Positions 47,467-57,768 are shown, counted from the stretch's first letter. The stretch is 64,000 bases of DNA from an uncultured Acidimicrobiales bacterium (GCA_943788915.1 CALSSD010000010.1:124001-188000); one strand, 5' to 3'. The notes: generated by a model from the sequence alone, not told the origin. Made by a program: numbers and translations.

Positions 47467-48009
47467 GTGACCGAAGAACGAAACGGCCGCCGTCCTCACG
47501 GCGAGATCTTGTTGTCCGAGAGCCAGATTGCTGATCGGGTACGCGAGCTCGGCGCTGAGATCACTGCCGACTACACGGAACGGGCCCCGCTCTTTGTGGG
47601 TGTCCTCAAGGGTGCGTTTGTGTTTATGGCGGATCTTGTGCGGGCTGTCGATCTCGATGCCGAAGTCGACTTCATGGCGCTTTCGTCGTACGGGCGGTCG
47701 ACTGAAACCAGCGGCATCGTCCGCATCCTGATGGATCTCAACGAGCCGGTGCAGGGACGAGATGTAGTCCTCGTCGAAGACATCGTTGACACCGGACTGA
47801 CTCTCAGCTATCTCGAGGAACATCTCGCCACTGCGGGAGCGTCAAGCGTTGAGATGTGTGCGCTGCTCGTTCGCGAAGGCCGGCAGCACGAGGGAAGCCG
47901 CATCAAATACGTGGGTTTTGAACTGCCACCAGCGTTCGTGGTCGGGTATGGCCTCGACGCCGGAGAATACGGCCGAAACCTTCCCTACGTGGCCGAACAC
48001 CTGCAATAA
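47467..48009 (+). CDS. hpt: Hypoxanthine phosphoribosyltransferase
   Basis: VLKGAFVFMADL, SSYG, VEDIVDTGLT, FVVGYGLD..RNLP. Confidence 0.95.
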   Translation: MTEERNGRRPHGEILLSESQIADRVRELGAEITADYTERAPLFVGVLKGAFVFMADLVRAVDLDAEVDFMALSSYGRSTETSGIVRILMDLNEPVQGRDVVLVEDIVDTGLTLSYLEEHLATAGASSVEMCALLVREGRQHEGSRIKYVGFELPPAFVVGYGLDAGEYGRNLPYVAEHLQ

Positions 48010-48060
48010 CCAGACAGGTCCAACAACCCAGCCAACATCGTCGGGCGAGCCGTGGCGCTC

Positions 48061-48137
48061 AGGCCGTCACCCTTAGGCCGTCACCCTTAGACCGTCACCC
48101 TTAGACCGTCACCCTTAGACCGTCACCCTTAGACCGT
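48061..48137. repeat. 14-bp tandem repeat x5.5 overlapping the guaB-like stop
   Basis: AG(G/A)CCGTCACCCTT units. Confidence 0.93.
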
Positions 48138-49187
48138 GGCGTGGGGGTGGTTTTCGTTGAGCCCGGCGCCGGTGATGCGGACCATCTGTGCTCGTGCCCG
48201 GAAGTCAGCCAACGTGGCCGAGTTCGAGTAGGACATGGAGCTTTTGAGCCCGGCCATGAGTTCGTTGACAAGAAGCTCAACCGAGCCGCGGTACGGGACC
48301 AGGCCCTCGACCCCTTCGGCAGCGCGGTGCTCGAAGTACTCGTCGTCGAGTTCCTCGCCAGCACGGGCGGCGCGGTGCTCGGCCGCCTCCCGAGAGGCCA
48401 TGCCACGAATCCGTTTGAATAAACCACGATCGGTCTGTTCTACCTCTCCGGGTGCTTCTTTGGTGCCAGCAAACATCGAGCCGATCATCACGCTGTCAGC
48501 GCCGACAGCCAGAGCTTTGGCGATGTCACCCGATGTGCGGATGCCGCCGTCGGCGATGATTGGTACACCACAGTTGGCTTCGACGGCCTGGCTCACAGCG
48601 GTGAGCTGAGGCACGCCGACGCCGGCAACAAGTCGGGTGGTGCAGACCCCGCCCGGTCCGACCCCGACCTTGATTGCATCCGCGCCAGCCTGGGCCAGAT
48701 CGATTGCTCCTCGGCCTGTGGCCACATTGCCGGCAATGACCTGCATGTGTGGTGCTTCGCCTTTGAGCCTTTTGATACCTTCGATGGCATGTTCGGCATG
48801 GCCGTGAGCGATATCGAGGACCACCACGGTTGCGCCAGCATGTGAACATGCCAACGTCCGTTCGATCATGTCGTGATCGGTGCCGATAGCGGCGCCGATG
48901 GTCCCGCCACCGCTTGCTTCGAACGCTTTGCGAACCTCGGCCTGCTGATCCTCGATAGGCAGGAAACGATGAATGATGCCGACCGCTCCGAGTTGCGACA
49001 TGGTGGCGGCCATCTCCCATCCGCACACCGTGTCCATGTTCGCAGCAATAACAGGCGTTGCCATGGGGATATCACGGGTTAGTCGAGAAGAAAGACTGAC
49101 CTGTGAGCGTGAACGGATGTTGGAGCGCTGAGGGACGAGAAGGACATCGTCGTAGGTCAACGCAAGCGGGAGATTATGTATGTCCAT
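48129..49187 (-). CDS. IMP dehydrogenase/GMP reductase family protein lacking CBS domains
   Basis: [45 protein letters not shown]. Confidence 0.9.
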   Translation of the reverse strand: MDIHNLPLALTYDDVLLVPQRSNIRSRSQVSLSSRLTRDIPMATPVIAANMDTVCGWEMAATMSQLGAVGIIHRFLPIEDQQAEVRKAFEASGGGTIGAAIGTDHDMIERTLACSHAGATVVVLDIAHGHAEHAIEGIKRLKGEAPHMQVIAGNVATGRGAIDLAQAGADAIKVGVGPGGVCTTRLVAGVGVPQLTAVSQAVEANCGVPIIADGGIRTSGDIAKALAVGADSVMIGSMFAGTKEAPGEVEQTDRGLFKRIRGMASREAAEHRAARAGEELDDEYFEHRAAEGVEGLVPYRGSVELLVNELMAGLKSSMSYSNSATLADFRARAQMVRITGAGLNENHPHATV

Positions 49188-49201
49188 GGGTAATGGAGTC
49201 C

Positions 49202-50152
49202 CTACCGGGTAGCCGACAGTAAGTAGTCGGTGATCTGGGCATCGTCAGTGCCAAGATCGGCGAAATTGTCCGCAGTGCGAGCTGCCATGAACTCCGTCCA
49301 GTCGAACGAGCGATACAGCGGGTCGGCCGCAAGTTCATGCAATGGTTCGATGAGGGCGTGTCGAGAAGGGTTGGCGAAGTACGGAATGCTGAACCGACGT
49401 TTGGTGGTCATTGGGATAACCCGGTGCACCGCGGCTCGCCACCGATCATTGGTCTGCACCTGCACAGCGTCGGCCAGGTTCACGACGATCGTGCCAGGCT
49501 CTGGTGGCACATCGATCCAGTTGCCGTCACGGTCTTCGGTTTGCAGTCCTCCGGTACTGTCCTGCAGAAGCAGGGTCAGAGTTCCCGGATCGGTGTGGTA
49601 GCCAAGTGCGGTTTCGCCTAGCTCGATCAGTCCGTCGCGCTGATCTTCGGGTACGGGATCGCCCACGGGGTAGTGATTGAGGCGGACCGGGCTGTTGGCG
49701 GAATTGAACGCCATCTTGGTTTGTGACTCGGGACCCAGTTCGAGGACCTGGTGGAGCAGGCCAAGGGTGCGAGTGGCTAGCGACGTGAACTCGGTGTGGA
49801 ACTCGACCATGGCGTCGCGAAAGCCAGCCAGATTCTCGGGCCACCGGTTGTACTTGTCTCGCTCCGGCGTGTTCGGATCGGTGAAGTCGAAAACCTGCTT
49901 GTGGTCGCGTTTGCGTTTGGTGAGTTCGCGATCGAAGTATCCCAGCGGGTTGTTTTCGGTGCGGCGCAGCGGTTCGGTCACCTGCGGACCTGCGTCGAAG
50001 AAACGGGCAGCCTGTTCCCAGGTGCGTTCGATCAGTGCATCGGCTCCGTGGCCACTGATCAGGAAGAAGCCGTGTTCGCGACAGGCTTCGTCGAGCGCAG
50101 CGGTCGACTCAGGTGTTGGCGCTGACAGATCGATGACTGGTACTTGGCTCAT
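49202..50152 (-). CDS. 2-oxoglutarate/Fe(II) oxygenase (isopenicillin-N-synthase-like)
   Basis: VPVIDL, HGFF, HTD, HRV, RFS. Confidence 0.9.
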   Translation of the reverse strand: MSQVPVIDLSAPTPESTAALDEACREHGFFLISGHGADALIERTWEQAARFFDAGPQVTEPLRRTENNPLGYFDRELTKRKRDHKQVFDFTDPNTPERDKYNRWPENLAGFRDAMVEFHTEFTSLATRTLGLLHQVLELGPESQTKMAFNSANSPVRLNHYPVGDPVPEDQRDGLIELGETALGYHTDPGTLTLLLQDSTGGLQTEDRDGNWIDVPPEPGTIVVNLADAVQVQTNDRWRAAVHRVIPMTTKRRFSIPYFANPSRHALIEPLHELAADPLYRSFDWTEFMAARTADNFADLGTDDAQITDYLLSATR

Positions 50153-50802
50153 AGGAAGGTCGCGAACTCATCGACGGTTGCCCGTTCACTGACCAGTGAG
50201 TTGATGGGATGGTCGGCGTTTGCCTTGCCGATGGCGACGCCGCAGAACAGCATGAGTTCTTCGGGCGCATTGGTGAAGCTGCGAACCTGTTCGTGAGCCG
50301 CCGACCAGGCCTCCTGGGGGCACGTTTGATAGCCAGCCTCTTCTGCGAGCAGCATGAACGTCTGGAGGAACATGCCGAGATCAGACCACTGGGGTTTACC
50401 CATGCCCCGATCGACGTAACAGAAGATCGCAGCAGGTGCTCCGAAGAAGTCCATGTTGCGGGCGAACTGCTTGAGTCGACCCGGTTTGTCATCGCGACCG
50501 ACGCCGATGCTTGCATACATCTGCTCGCCCAACTCGAATCGATAGGTGCGATACGGGTCCCACAGGCTCGGTGGGTAGATGTCGTATTCCATCTCGGTGG
50601 TGGCAGGTTCATCGACCATGTGCTGACGGAAGCCAGCCATCGAGTCACCATTGATGACCCAGATCTTCCACGGTTGCACGTTGCCGCCCGATGGTGATCG
50701 CGACGCTTTCTCAAGCAGCTCTCGGATCACTGGGTCGTCGACGGGATCGGGCAGGAAGTCGCGGGTTGACTTTCGCATCATCACTGCATCCGTGACGTTC
50801 AT
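50149..50802 (-). CDS. Nitroreductase family protein
   Basis: RKSTRDF, SPSGGNVQPW, FFGAP, TCPQEAW. Confidence 0.92.
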   Translation of the reverse strand: MNVTDAVMMRKSTRDFLPDPVDDPVIRELLEKASRSPSGGNVQPWKIWVINGDSMAGFRQHMVDEPATTEMEYDIYPPSLWDPYRTYRFELGEQMYASIGVGRDDKPGRLKQFARNMDFFGAPAAIFCYVDRGMGKPQWSDLGMFLQTFMLLAEEAGYQTCPQEAWSAAHEQVRSFTNAPEELMLFCGVAIGKANADHPINSLVSERATVDEFATFL

Positions 50803-50902
50803 CTGTGATCGGCTCCTTGAGGCGGGTATGGGTCCGCTACGACGCTAGCTGTCCGTCCGTCGATCGGGTGAATACGGTGGTGAGGTCGTGGGCCGTTGCC
50901 CC

Positions 50903-51373
50903 CTAGCTGACCTCAGCCGATGTCGCACCGGTGATTTCGACAAGGCGCTCGGGTGCGACTTCGAATACCGCATCCGGCGCACCCGCCGCAGCCCACACCG
51001 TTTGCCATGTCAACAGGTCGTTATCGATCACTGACCGCAGCAGCGTTGGATGGCCACACGGAGGGATTCCGCCGATGGCAAACCCAGTGGCAGCTCTGGC
51101 CTCGTCGGGGTTGGCTTTGCCCAGCTTGTCGACACCAAAAACCGTGGCGGTTTTGGTTTCGTCGACCCGGTTGACTCCTGACGTGAGCACAAGCACGAGT
51201 TCATCACCAGCTTTGAAGATGAGCGATTTGACGATCTGGCCGAGGTCGCAGCCGAGTGCTTCTGCTGCCTGTTGAGCGGTGCGGGTGTCTTTCGGGAACG
51301 TCTTCACCTCGGGTTGGATGCCGAGTTTGGTTGCAGCGGCGACGAACCGCTCGACTGCGGGCGCTCCGGCCAC
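50903..51373 (-). CDS. YbaK/EbsC family aminoacyl-tRNA editing protein
   Basis: TRTAQQAA, QIVKSL, TGFAIGGIPP, WAAAG. Confidence 0.9.
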   Translation of the reverse strand: MAGAPAVERFVAAATKLGIQPEVKTFPKDTRTAQQAAEALGCDLGQIVKSLIFKAGDELVLVLTSGVNRVDETKTATVFGVDKLGKANPDEARAATGFAIGGIPPCGHPTLLRSVIDNDLLTWQTVWAAAGAPDAVFEVAPERLVEITGATSAEVS

Positions 51374-52065
51374 TAAGCGACGGTGTCGAGTAAGGCAAGT
51401 GTGCGTGTCCACGCGGTTTCGGTGGCGGCTTCGTCCCATGCACCCATAGGATTCTCTTCGTTGGTGAACCCATGGCTTGTGCCGGGATATACGTGGAAGT
51501 TCACGTTCTTGCCCAGGTCGCGAAGTTGGGCAGCGAGCGCCTCACACGCTTCAGGTGGGAAGAAGTCATCGTTCGCCGCAAAGTGGCCTTCGATCTTGGC
51601 GCTGAGGTTGGACCAGTCGATGGAGTCATCGCCAAGTGGTGCGCCATAGAACGGGGCAGCCACGCTGATCTTGTCGCCGCCGAGCGCGCACAACCGCAGG
51701 GTGAGTAGTCCACCCATGCAGAATCCGGTCACACCGACGGTGCTGCTGGTGCATGCGTCGTGTGCGAGGAGAGCTTCGACCGCACCCAACATGTCCTTAG
51801 CCGCACGCTCAGGCGGCAAGTTGGTCATGAGTTCACCCGCCTTGTCCATCTCGGTGTGTTCGGCCATTTCGCCGTGGTACAGATCGGGTGCCAGCGCGGT
51901 GTATCCGGCGTCGGCTAACCGGTCACACACCGCTTTGATCTGGGGGACCAGACCCCACCATTCTTGGAGCACAATAATTCCGGGACCACTGCCGCTTGTC
52001 GGGGTTGCGAGGTATCCCCGAGCGTTGGTGCCGTTGACGGCGAATTCGATCATCTCTGCAGGCAT
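51373..52065 (-). CDS. Dienelactone hydrolase family protein
   Basis: QEWWGL, APDLY, GFCMGG, HGF. Confidence 0.93.
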   Translation of the reverse strand: MPAEMIEFAVNGTNARGYLATPTSGSGPGIIVLQEWWGLVPQIKAVCDRLADAGYTALAPDLYHGEMAEHTEMDKAGELMTNLPPERAAKDMLGAVEALLAHDACTSSTVGVTGFCMGGLLTLRLCALGGDKISVAAPFYGAPLGDDSIDWSNLSAKIEGHFAANDDFFPPEACEALAAQLRDLGKNVNFHVYPGTSHGFTNEENPMGAWDEAATETAWTRTLALLDTVA

Positions 52066-52178
52066 AGCAATACTCCGTGTTTCTGGTGGTTGCTCGGTTT
52101 CTGGTGGTTGCTCGACGATACAACAGCTGATCTCATGCTGAATTGTCCAGGTGTGTTGGTTCTCAGGGATCGTTGCAG

Positions 52179-53051
52179 CTAGAGCGCAAGCAGGGTGGTG
52201 AACAGATCGGTGCCGATACGTTCCATGATGGGGTCATCGTCGCTATGAGCGAGATAGACGACAGCGAAGTGGGCAGCCCAGCCTCGTGCCCGTTCCCATG
52301 CTGCGTCATCGGCACCAGCGTGGTCGGCGACCGTATCGATGTGGCCGGGCACGAGCATAAAAGCACCAGCAAGATCGGTTGCCCGGTCACCGGCACAGAT
52401 GTCGCCCCAGTCGATCACCGCGCTGAGTTCGCCATGGTCGACGACCATATTGCGGATGTGGAGGTCGCCGTGCAGCCAGACGTGTTCGGAAGAAGGCGGG
52501 ATCGCACAGGCTGTGTCGAAGATTGCCGTGATGCGATCCCGGTCGAACCGGCTCGTCGATTCGGTCCACATTCGTGGCGAAGGATGCGTTGCTCGATCAA
52601 CGAGTGGGCAACCACGGAACTTGTTGACCGGAGCGTCGGTCGGCGCAGTGGTGTGCAGTTGTCGAAAGAACGTGCCAAGCAGCGTGGCGGTGTTTGCCGG
52701 ATTGTTGAGAGTGTGGCCAACAGCATCGGCTCCGGCGAAGAACGGCGTGACCGACCACGGCCAGGGGTAGTCCAACGTTGGTGCACCGGCGTGGATGGGC
52801 GACGGAATGGGCATGTCGAGTTGCGCTGCAAGGATCGGCAACCACGACTGTTCGTGCAGGACCAATGGGGCGGCCACCTGTCGGTGCGGCACTCGTACGA
52901 TCGCATCATCACCCAGGCGGAAGTTGGTGTTGTCCCAACCCCGTGAGAGCTCCCGCAATGGGAGGTCGGCGAGGGCCGGGCATTGGTCGCGTAGCAGCGC
53001 TCGTACCAAAGGTTGCGTGATCTCGATCTCGGGTTCTGGACGGTTCGCCAC
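52179..53051 (-). CDS. Aminoglycoside-phosphotransferase family kinase
   Basis: GWDN..FRLG, WLHGDLH..N, IDWGD. Confidence 0.88.
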   Translation of the reverse strand: MANRPEPEIEITQPLVRALLRDQCPALADLPLRELSRGWDNTNFRLGDDAIVRVPHRQVAAPLVLHEQSWLPILAAQLDMPIPSPIHAGAPTLDYPWPWSVTPFFAGADAVGHTLNNPANTATLLGTFFRQLHTTAPTDAPVNKFRGCPLVDRATHPSPRMWTESTSRFDRDRITAIFDTACAIPPSSEHVWLHGDLHIRNMVVDHGELSAVIDWGDICAGDRATDLAGAFMLVPGHIDTVADHAGADDAAWERARGWAAHFAVVYLAHSDDDPIMERIGTDLFTTLLAL

Positions 53052-53127
53052 CAGCTGAACGGTACCGCCGCTGTCCAGTGGCTTGTCAGCCGACCGAGAG
53101 ACCCAGGATGTGCGTCGACGGGTGGAG

Positions 53128-53677
53128 CTAGAGTCCCGAGTCGGCGACCGAGGTGCGCAACCGGCGGCCGTCTTCGTCAGGGAAGACGAAACAGATCACA
53201 TTGCGGTCGCCTTCGTCGGTCCAGGTCTCAAAGCTCGGCACAATGGCGCCGATCTCAAGTTTCGATAGCACGTACTCCAGGCCAACGAACGACTCGAACT
53301 CGTCGAGGCACGCACGCTCGGCCCACCGACGCAACGTCTCTTCAGCGGGGGCGGGGTCGTCGTCGTCGGCTGGGTACTCCGTGAGGAAGTAGGCCTCGCG
53401 GTCATGGGGGCCATCGCAACCTACGAGCGTGGTGATCTGCTGCAGGAAGTCGGCCCGGTCTTGATAGACGTACTCGTTGAAGCAGTCGCCTGCCTGTGAT
53501 ATTCGATGGGTTTGTCGACACACCGGAAAGTTGTTCCGGGTCGCTGGCGTCGAAGGTGTCGGATGTTGGTTCAGCTTCAACGATGATCTCGGGTGCGATG
53601 GTTTCGCCATCGGCGCTGCCACGAGTGCATGCCACCGTGGTGAGTGCGAGCGCGCACCCAAGTAGAAACCAACGCAT
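53128..53677 (-). CDS. Septum-formation family lipoprotein, split by a +1 frameshift at ~53497
   Basis: Lipobox TVAC frame joins GDCF...V.CDGPH..E...C...F..FVG...P...W..GDR.VIC frame. Confidence 0.75.
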
Positions 53678-53702
53678 CAGGCGAGCGTAGAGTCTGGCCC
53701 CG

Positions 53703-55169
53703 CTAGTAGCTGGGCAAGGCCTGGTCGACGTTGACGAACGTTGACCACAATACGATTGCGAACGGGACGAGACCCACTGCGTACAGCGTCCATTTGCGGT
53801 CGAGGCGATTGCCCATGAACCACGCTGTGATCCAGATAAAGAGTCCAGAGATTCCCCACATGACGGCAGGTTTCACCTTTGTTGAATCGCCGTTTAGGCC
53901 TTCGCCAAAGTCGTCGGTGGTTTGTGGGGTTTGAGACGAAGCGAGCTCAGCGCCTTCTTCGGCCTGATCAGCGACGTCGGCCTCATCGTCAGCGACGACG
54001 TCGCCATCTACACCTTCGGCGGCGTCTGCGACTTCGGTGGTCGCCTCGTCGGCAGCGCCGGGTTGGGAATCGGCGCTGTCATCGTCTGCGCTCCCGGGAC
54101 CAGCAGCGACGTCGTCGTCACCAGGCTCGATGGGATTGCCGTCGGCATCGACGCTTGGGTCATCGTCGGCCGCAACGTCGTCGCCGATGATTACTTGTTC
54201 CTCTTCAGGTACCTCGGCGTCGCCGTCGGCAGCTTGGGCGGCAGCCGCTCGTTCGTCGATGTCTTCATTGGCGAGCGTCACTGCGCCGAGTTCAGCTGCG
54301 TCTGCGCGTGGAATGGTCGGCGCTGGTTCGCCGACAAGCTCAGCCTGCACGATGATGCGCTGCCGCGCGCTGTACTTCGGATGACACGCGGTCAGGGTCA
54401 AGATGTTCTGACCCTCCTTCTGGTCAAGTACCTGAGTGCCGCTCGGGGCCACAATGAAATATCCAAGGTCGGGGCCTGCGGGGTCTCGGGGGTCTTCGAA
54501 ACCGAGCACGCGATATTCGAACGTGCCCTGGGCTGTAGTCACGAAAATGGGGTCGCCAGGTTGTAGTTCATCGATCCGGTGAAACGGTGCGCCGTAGGTG
54601 GTGCGGTGTCCAGCAATGGCGGCATTGCCTGCTTGACCGGGATTCGGTGTGGTCTGGTAGTGGCCAGGACCCTTGCGCAGGTCCTCGACCGAGACGCCCT
54701 CGACAGTGATCTGGTCGACATTGATGTCAGGGATGAAGATACGGGCAAAAGCCTCGCCAGCATCCGGATACAACCTGGCCAGAATCTCCTGGCGCTCGGC
54801 GGTATCGAAGGTGCCTTCGAACAGGTCGGCAGTCGCCTCGCCGTCGGACCGAGGTCCAGAATCAGCGGATCTGCCGTCGTCGTTGGTGGCGTCGCTAGCG
54901 ACGGCCAAAACTGCCTCGGTGTCGTTGGCGAAGATCTGACCACTCTCGATACGGGCTTGGCTCGCTCGGGCCTCCTCGACGAGCGACACAACGTCGGAGG
55001 TGTCGGTTTCGATCCCTGTTGCTGCGGCGAACTCATTGCCAAGGTCGCCCTGTGCCGCAGCCGCTTGCAGGCCCGTGCCCCACAGCTGGTAGGCAACAAA
55101 GAGCAGAACGATTACTCCAGCGCTAATCAGTCCACGCCCAAGTGCGCCAAGTACCCGTGCCAATCTCAT
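53703..55169 (-). CDS. Class E sortase with acidic C-terminal extension and two extra TM helices
   Basis: YQLWGTG, GPGHY, AGHRTTYGAPF, LTLTACHPKYSARQR. Confidence 0.9.
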   Translation of the reverse strand: MRLARVLGALGRGLISAGVIVLLFVAYQLWGTGLQAAAAQGDLGNEFAAATGIETDTSDVVSLVEEARASQARIESGQIFANDTEAVLAVASDATNDDGRSADSGPRSDGEATADLFEGTFDTAERQEILARLYPDAGEAFARIFIPDINVDQITVEGVSVEDLRKGPGHYQTTPNPGQAGNAAIAGHRTTYGAPFHRIDELQPGDPIFVTTAQGTFEYRVLGFEDPRDPAGPDLGYFIVAPSGTQVLDQKEGQNILTLTACHPKYSARQRIIVQAELVGEPAPTIPRADAAELGAVTLANEDIDERAAAAQAADGDAEVPEEEQVIIGDDVAADDDPSVDADGNPIEPGDDDVAAGPGSADDDSADSQPGAADEATTEVADAAEGVDGDVVADDEADVADQAEEGAELASSQTPQTTDDFGEGLNGDSTKVKPAVMWGISGLFIWITAWFMGNRLDRKWTLYAVGLVPFAIVLWSTFVNVDQALPSY

Positions 55170-55580
55170 GCCCGACAGTATGGACCGGCGATGGCCCGCG
55201 ACGGTCGCGGGTTGGACAGAATCTGGGTCAAATTTGTCACGTGAAAAGTCAGGCCTGTTCTGGGAATGCAGAGGCCTCGTCGTCGGGTTGCAGCTGGTCG
55301 CGGCCTCTGTGGTCGTGGCCCAAAATGAGAGCTGCTGAACTTTTGCAGCCCGTTCGGGGCGCGGTCGTGCCGCCATCTGTGGCGCCCGTTCCGTTCAGAT
55401 GAGGAACCGCAGTTGCCTCATCTCGCGGATGAAAGTTTCAGCCTTGATCACGTGATGGCCCCGAGTCGGGCACGTGTCGGCCGCCTCGAGTCTGACGCGC
55501 TCGCTCGCGATGCATCGGCGGTTCGGTGCCGCATTGGCCGGTGCTGAGGCGTATCCTCGGGCGACGTGACGGAGGCAGAC

Positions 55581-56250
55581 GTGGAGCATGCGGTAGAGGT
55601 ACACGATGCCGTCGTTCTTCTTGACCGATTTCCGGCGTTAGCAGGGCTGAGCCTGACCCTTGATGCCGGGCACCGTGACCCTGGTGCAGGGCCCGAACGG
55701 TGCAGGTAAGACGACTCTTTTGCGCATGATTGCTGGTTTGGCGCCGCTCGAGCGGGGCAGCGCAACCGTTCTTGGCCACGATGTGTCTACCCAACAGCGG
55801 CTCGTCCGAGCATCGGTCGGGCTCCTTAGCCCTCAGACCATGTTGTACGACGACCTGACAATCGCCGAGAACCTCTCCTTTTGGTCCACGCTTGCTGGCC
55901 ACGACGATGTCGATCCCATGGCGGCGCTCGAACGAGTGTCCATGACCGCCTTCGCTGACCAGCAGGTCGTCACGCTGTCGACCGGCCAGCGGCGCCGGGC
56001 AGCAATTGCCGTTGTCGCTATTCGGCGACCCCGCCTGTGGCTGCTCGATGAACCACACGCCGGTCTTGACCAGTCAGGCCGAGACATCGTCGACGGTTTG
56101 ATCGAAGAAGCAATCGCTGCCGGCGCAACCGTTGTGGTCGCATCACACGAGCTTGATCGTGTGCGACCGCTGGCCACCCACGTCGCCACGGTCGCTGGCG
56201 GCATCGTGCATGCGTTTGAGACGACGAGTCGGGGCGACGCCGGTGCGTGA
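55581..56250 (+). CDS. ccmA: Heme ABC exporter ATP-binding protein, +1 frameshift at ~55669
   Basis: GGAGG-GTG start VEHAVEVHDAVVLLDRFPALAGLSL joins GPNGAGKTT frame; LSTGQRRR, LLDEP. Confidence 0.85.
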
Positions 56251-56908
56251 GATCTGGGCCTTGGCTCGCAAGGACCTGCTCATCGAGGCCCGATCGAAGG
56301 TTGTTGCAACCCAAGTCGTGCCATTTGCGATGGTGGTGCTGATTCTGTTCGGCCTGGCGCTCGACACGGATAGCCGCACACTCCGAGATCTGGCACCTGG
56401 CCTGTTCTGGGTCGCAACCCTGTTTGCTGGCGTGCTCACCATCCAACGTTCGGTTGCCGTCGAGACGCTCTCGTCAACGTTTGAAGCCCTACGCCTGTCC
56501 GGTGCTCCTGGCTGGAAACTGTTCGCGGGTAAGGCTCTCGCGGTTGGTGTGCAATTGCTCGCCGTCGAAGCGGTGCTCGCCTTAGGAATCGTGGTCCTGT
56601 ATCGGTCTGAGTTCGAAGACCCTGTGCTTGTCGTCACGGCCGCCGTCGCCGCGACAATCGCGATCGCTTCGGCGGGTAGCCTTTACGGTGTGCTGGCTGT
56701 CGGGATGGGTGTTCGAGACACGATCTTGCCGATGCTGCTGCTCCCAATCATGATGCCCGTGCTTGTCGCAGCCACCCGGGCCTTCGGCGATGGTCTTGGC
56801 ACGGCGGCACTCGATGGCTGGACGTGGACCGGACTCCTTGCCTTGCTTGCCATCATCTATGCAACCGTCGGTGCGCTTGCGTACGCCGTAGTAATCGAGG
56901 ACACCTGA
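56243..56908 (+). CDS. ccmB: Heme exporter permease
   Basis: KDLLIE.R, PGLFW, LP.LLLP..PVL; position in ccm operon. Confidence 0.85.
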   Translation: MREIWALARKDLLIEARSKVVATQVVPFAMVVLILFGLALDTDSRTLRDLAPGLFWVATLFAGVLTIQRSVAVETLSSTFEALRLSGAPGWKLFAGKALAVGVQLLAVEAVLALGIVVLYRSEFEDPVLVVTAAVAATIAIASAGSLYGVLAVGMGVRDTILPMLLLPIMMPVLVAATRAFGDGLGTAALDGWTWTGLLALLAIIYATVGALAYAVVIEDT

Positions 56909-57768
56909 TGACCATTACCTCCGCAGCGCCTCAGACCAACTCGGTGGCCAACAATCCTGGGTCCACGGGATCAACCGCGACCCGCGCGCTTGGACTCGCG
57001 TCTCTGGTGGGACTTGCGGTGCTGCTTGTCCTGGCGTTCGTGATCACGGATCCGGATCAGCGGGTGTTTGATCGGGGCGCAGATCTGGAACCGTTGCTGA
57101 CCGGCCAAGGCGACGCTGTCCGCTTGCTCTACGTGCATTTCCCAGTCGCGATGGTCACCTATATCGCCTTCAGCCTGAACGCCGTTGGCAGCATCGCGGT
57201 GTTGTGGAAGAAGTCGACGTGGTGGGATAACACCGCAGCGGCCGCAGCCGAGGTCGGCGTGCTGTTCTGCGGGCTCACCCTGGTGACCGGTTCGATTTGG
57301 GGACGCCCAATCTGGAATACCTGGTGGAAGTGGGGCGATGTCCGCCTCATGACCACCACGATCTTGTTCCTGATCTTTGTGGGGTATCTCGCCTATCGCC
57401 GCACGATGACGGACTCACGAGTCCGCGCGAAACGCAGTGCCGTGGTCGGCCTTATCGGTGCGATCAATATCCCGATTGTCTACAAATCGGTCGATTGGTG
57501 GCAGAACCGCACGTTGCACCAGCAATCAACACTGCGGGACCGGAGCATCGAAGACCTCACGCTGTTCGCCATGATCTTCGGCATGGTTGTCTTCGTGGCG
57601 ATCTTTGCCTGGCTCATGATTCATCGCTTCCGCATAGGTTGGCTCGAACATCAGACCGAAACGGTCGGACTCGAAGCCGCAATTGAAGAACGCCGAGCAC
57701 AGACGCCGGCGGCCATCCTCGACGCGGTGACTGATTCGCGACCCTCACATGAGACAGGATCTGACTAG
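56908..57768 (+). CDS. ccmC: Heme exporter CcmC
   Basis: YVHFP, TGSIWGRPIWNTWWKWGDVRL, WW..RTLHQ. Confidence 0.92.
   Translation: MTITSAAPQTNSVANNPGSTGSTATRALGLASLVGLAVLLVLAFVITDPDQRVFDRGADLEPLLTGQGDAVRLLYVHFPVAMVTYIAFSLNAVGSIAVLWKKSTWWDNTAAAAAEVGVLFCGLTLVTGSIWGRPIWNTWWKWGDVRLMTTTILFLIFVGYLAYRRTMTDSRVRAKRSAVVGLIGAINIPIVYKSVDWWQNRTLHQQSTLRDRSIEDLTLFAMIFGMVVFVAIFAWLMIHRFRIGWLEHQTETVGLEAAIEERRAQTPAAILDAVTDSRPSHETGSD

Noticed and set aside
48061..48137. CRISPR or telomere-like repeat
   Set aside because: 14-bp units without spacers, internal, and derived from the gene end.
52179..53051. Acquired aminoglycoside resistance gene
   Set aside because: Generic APH-fold kinase in chromosomal context, with no mobile element nearby.
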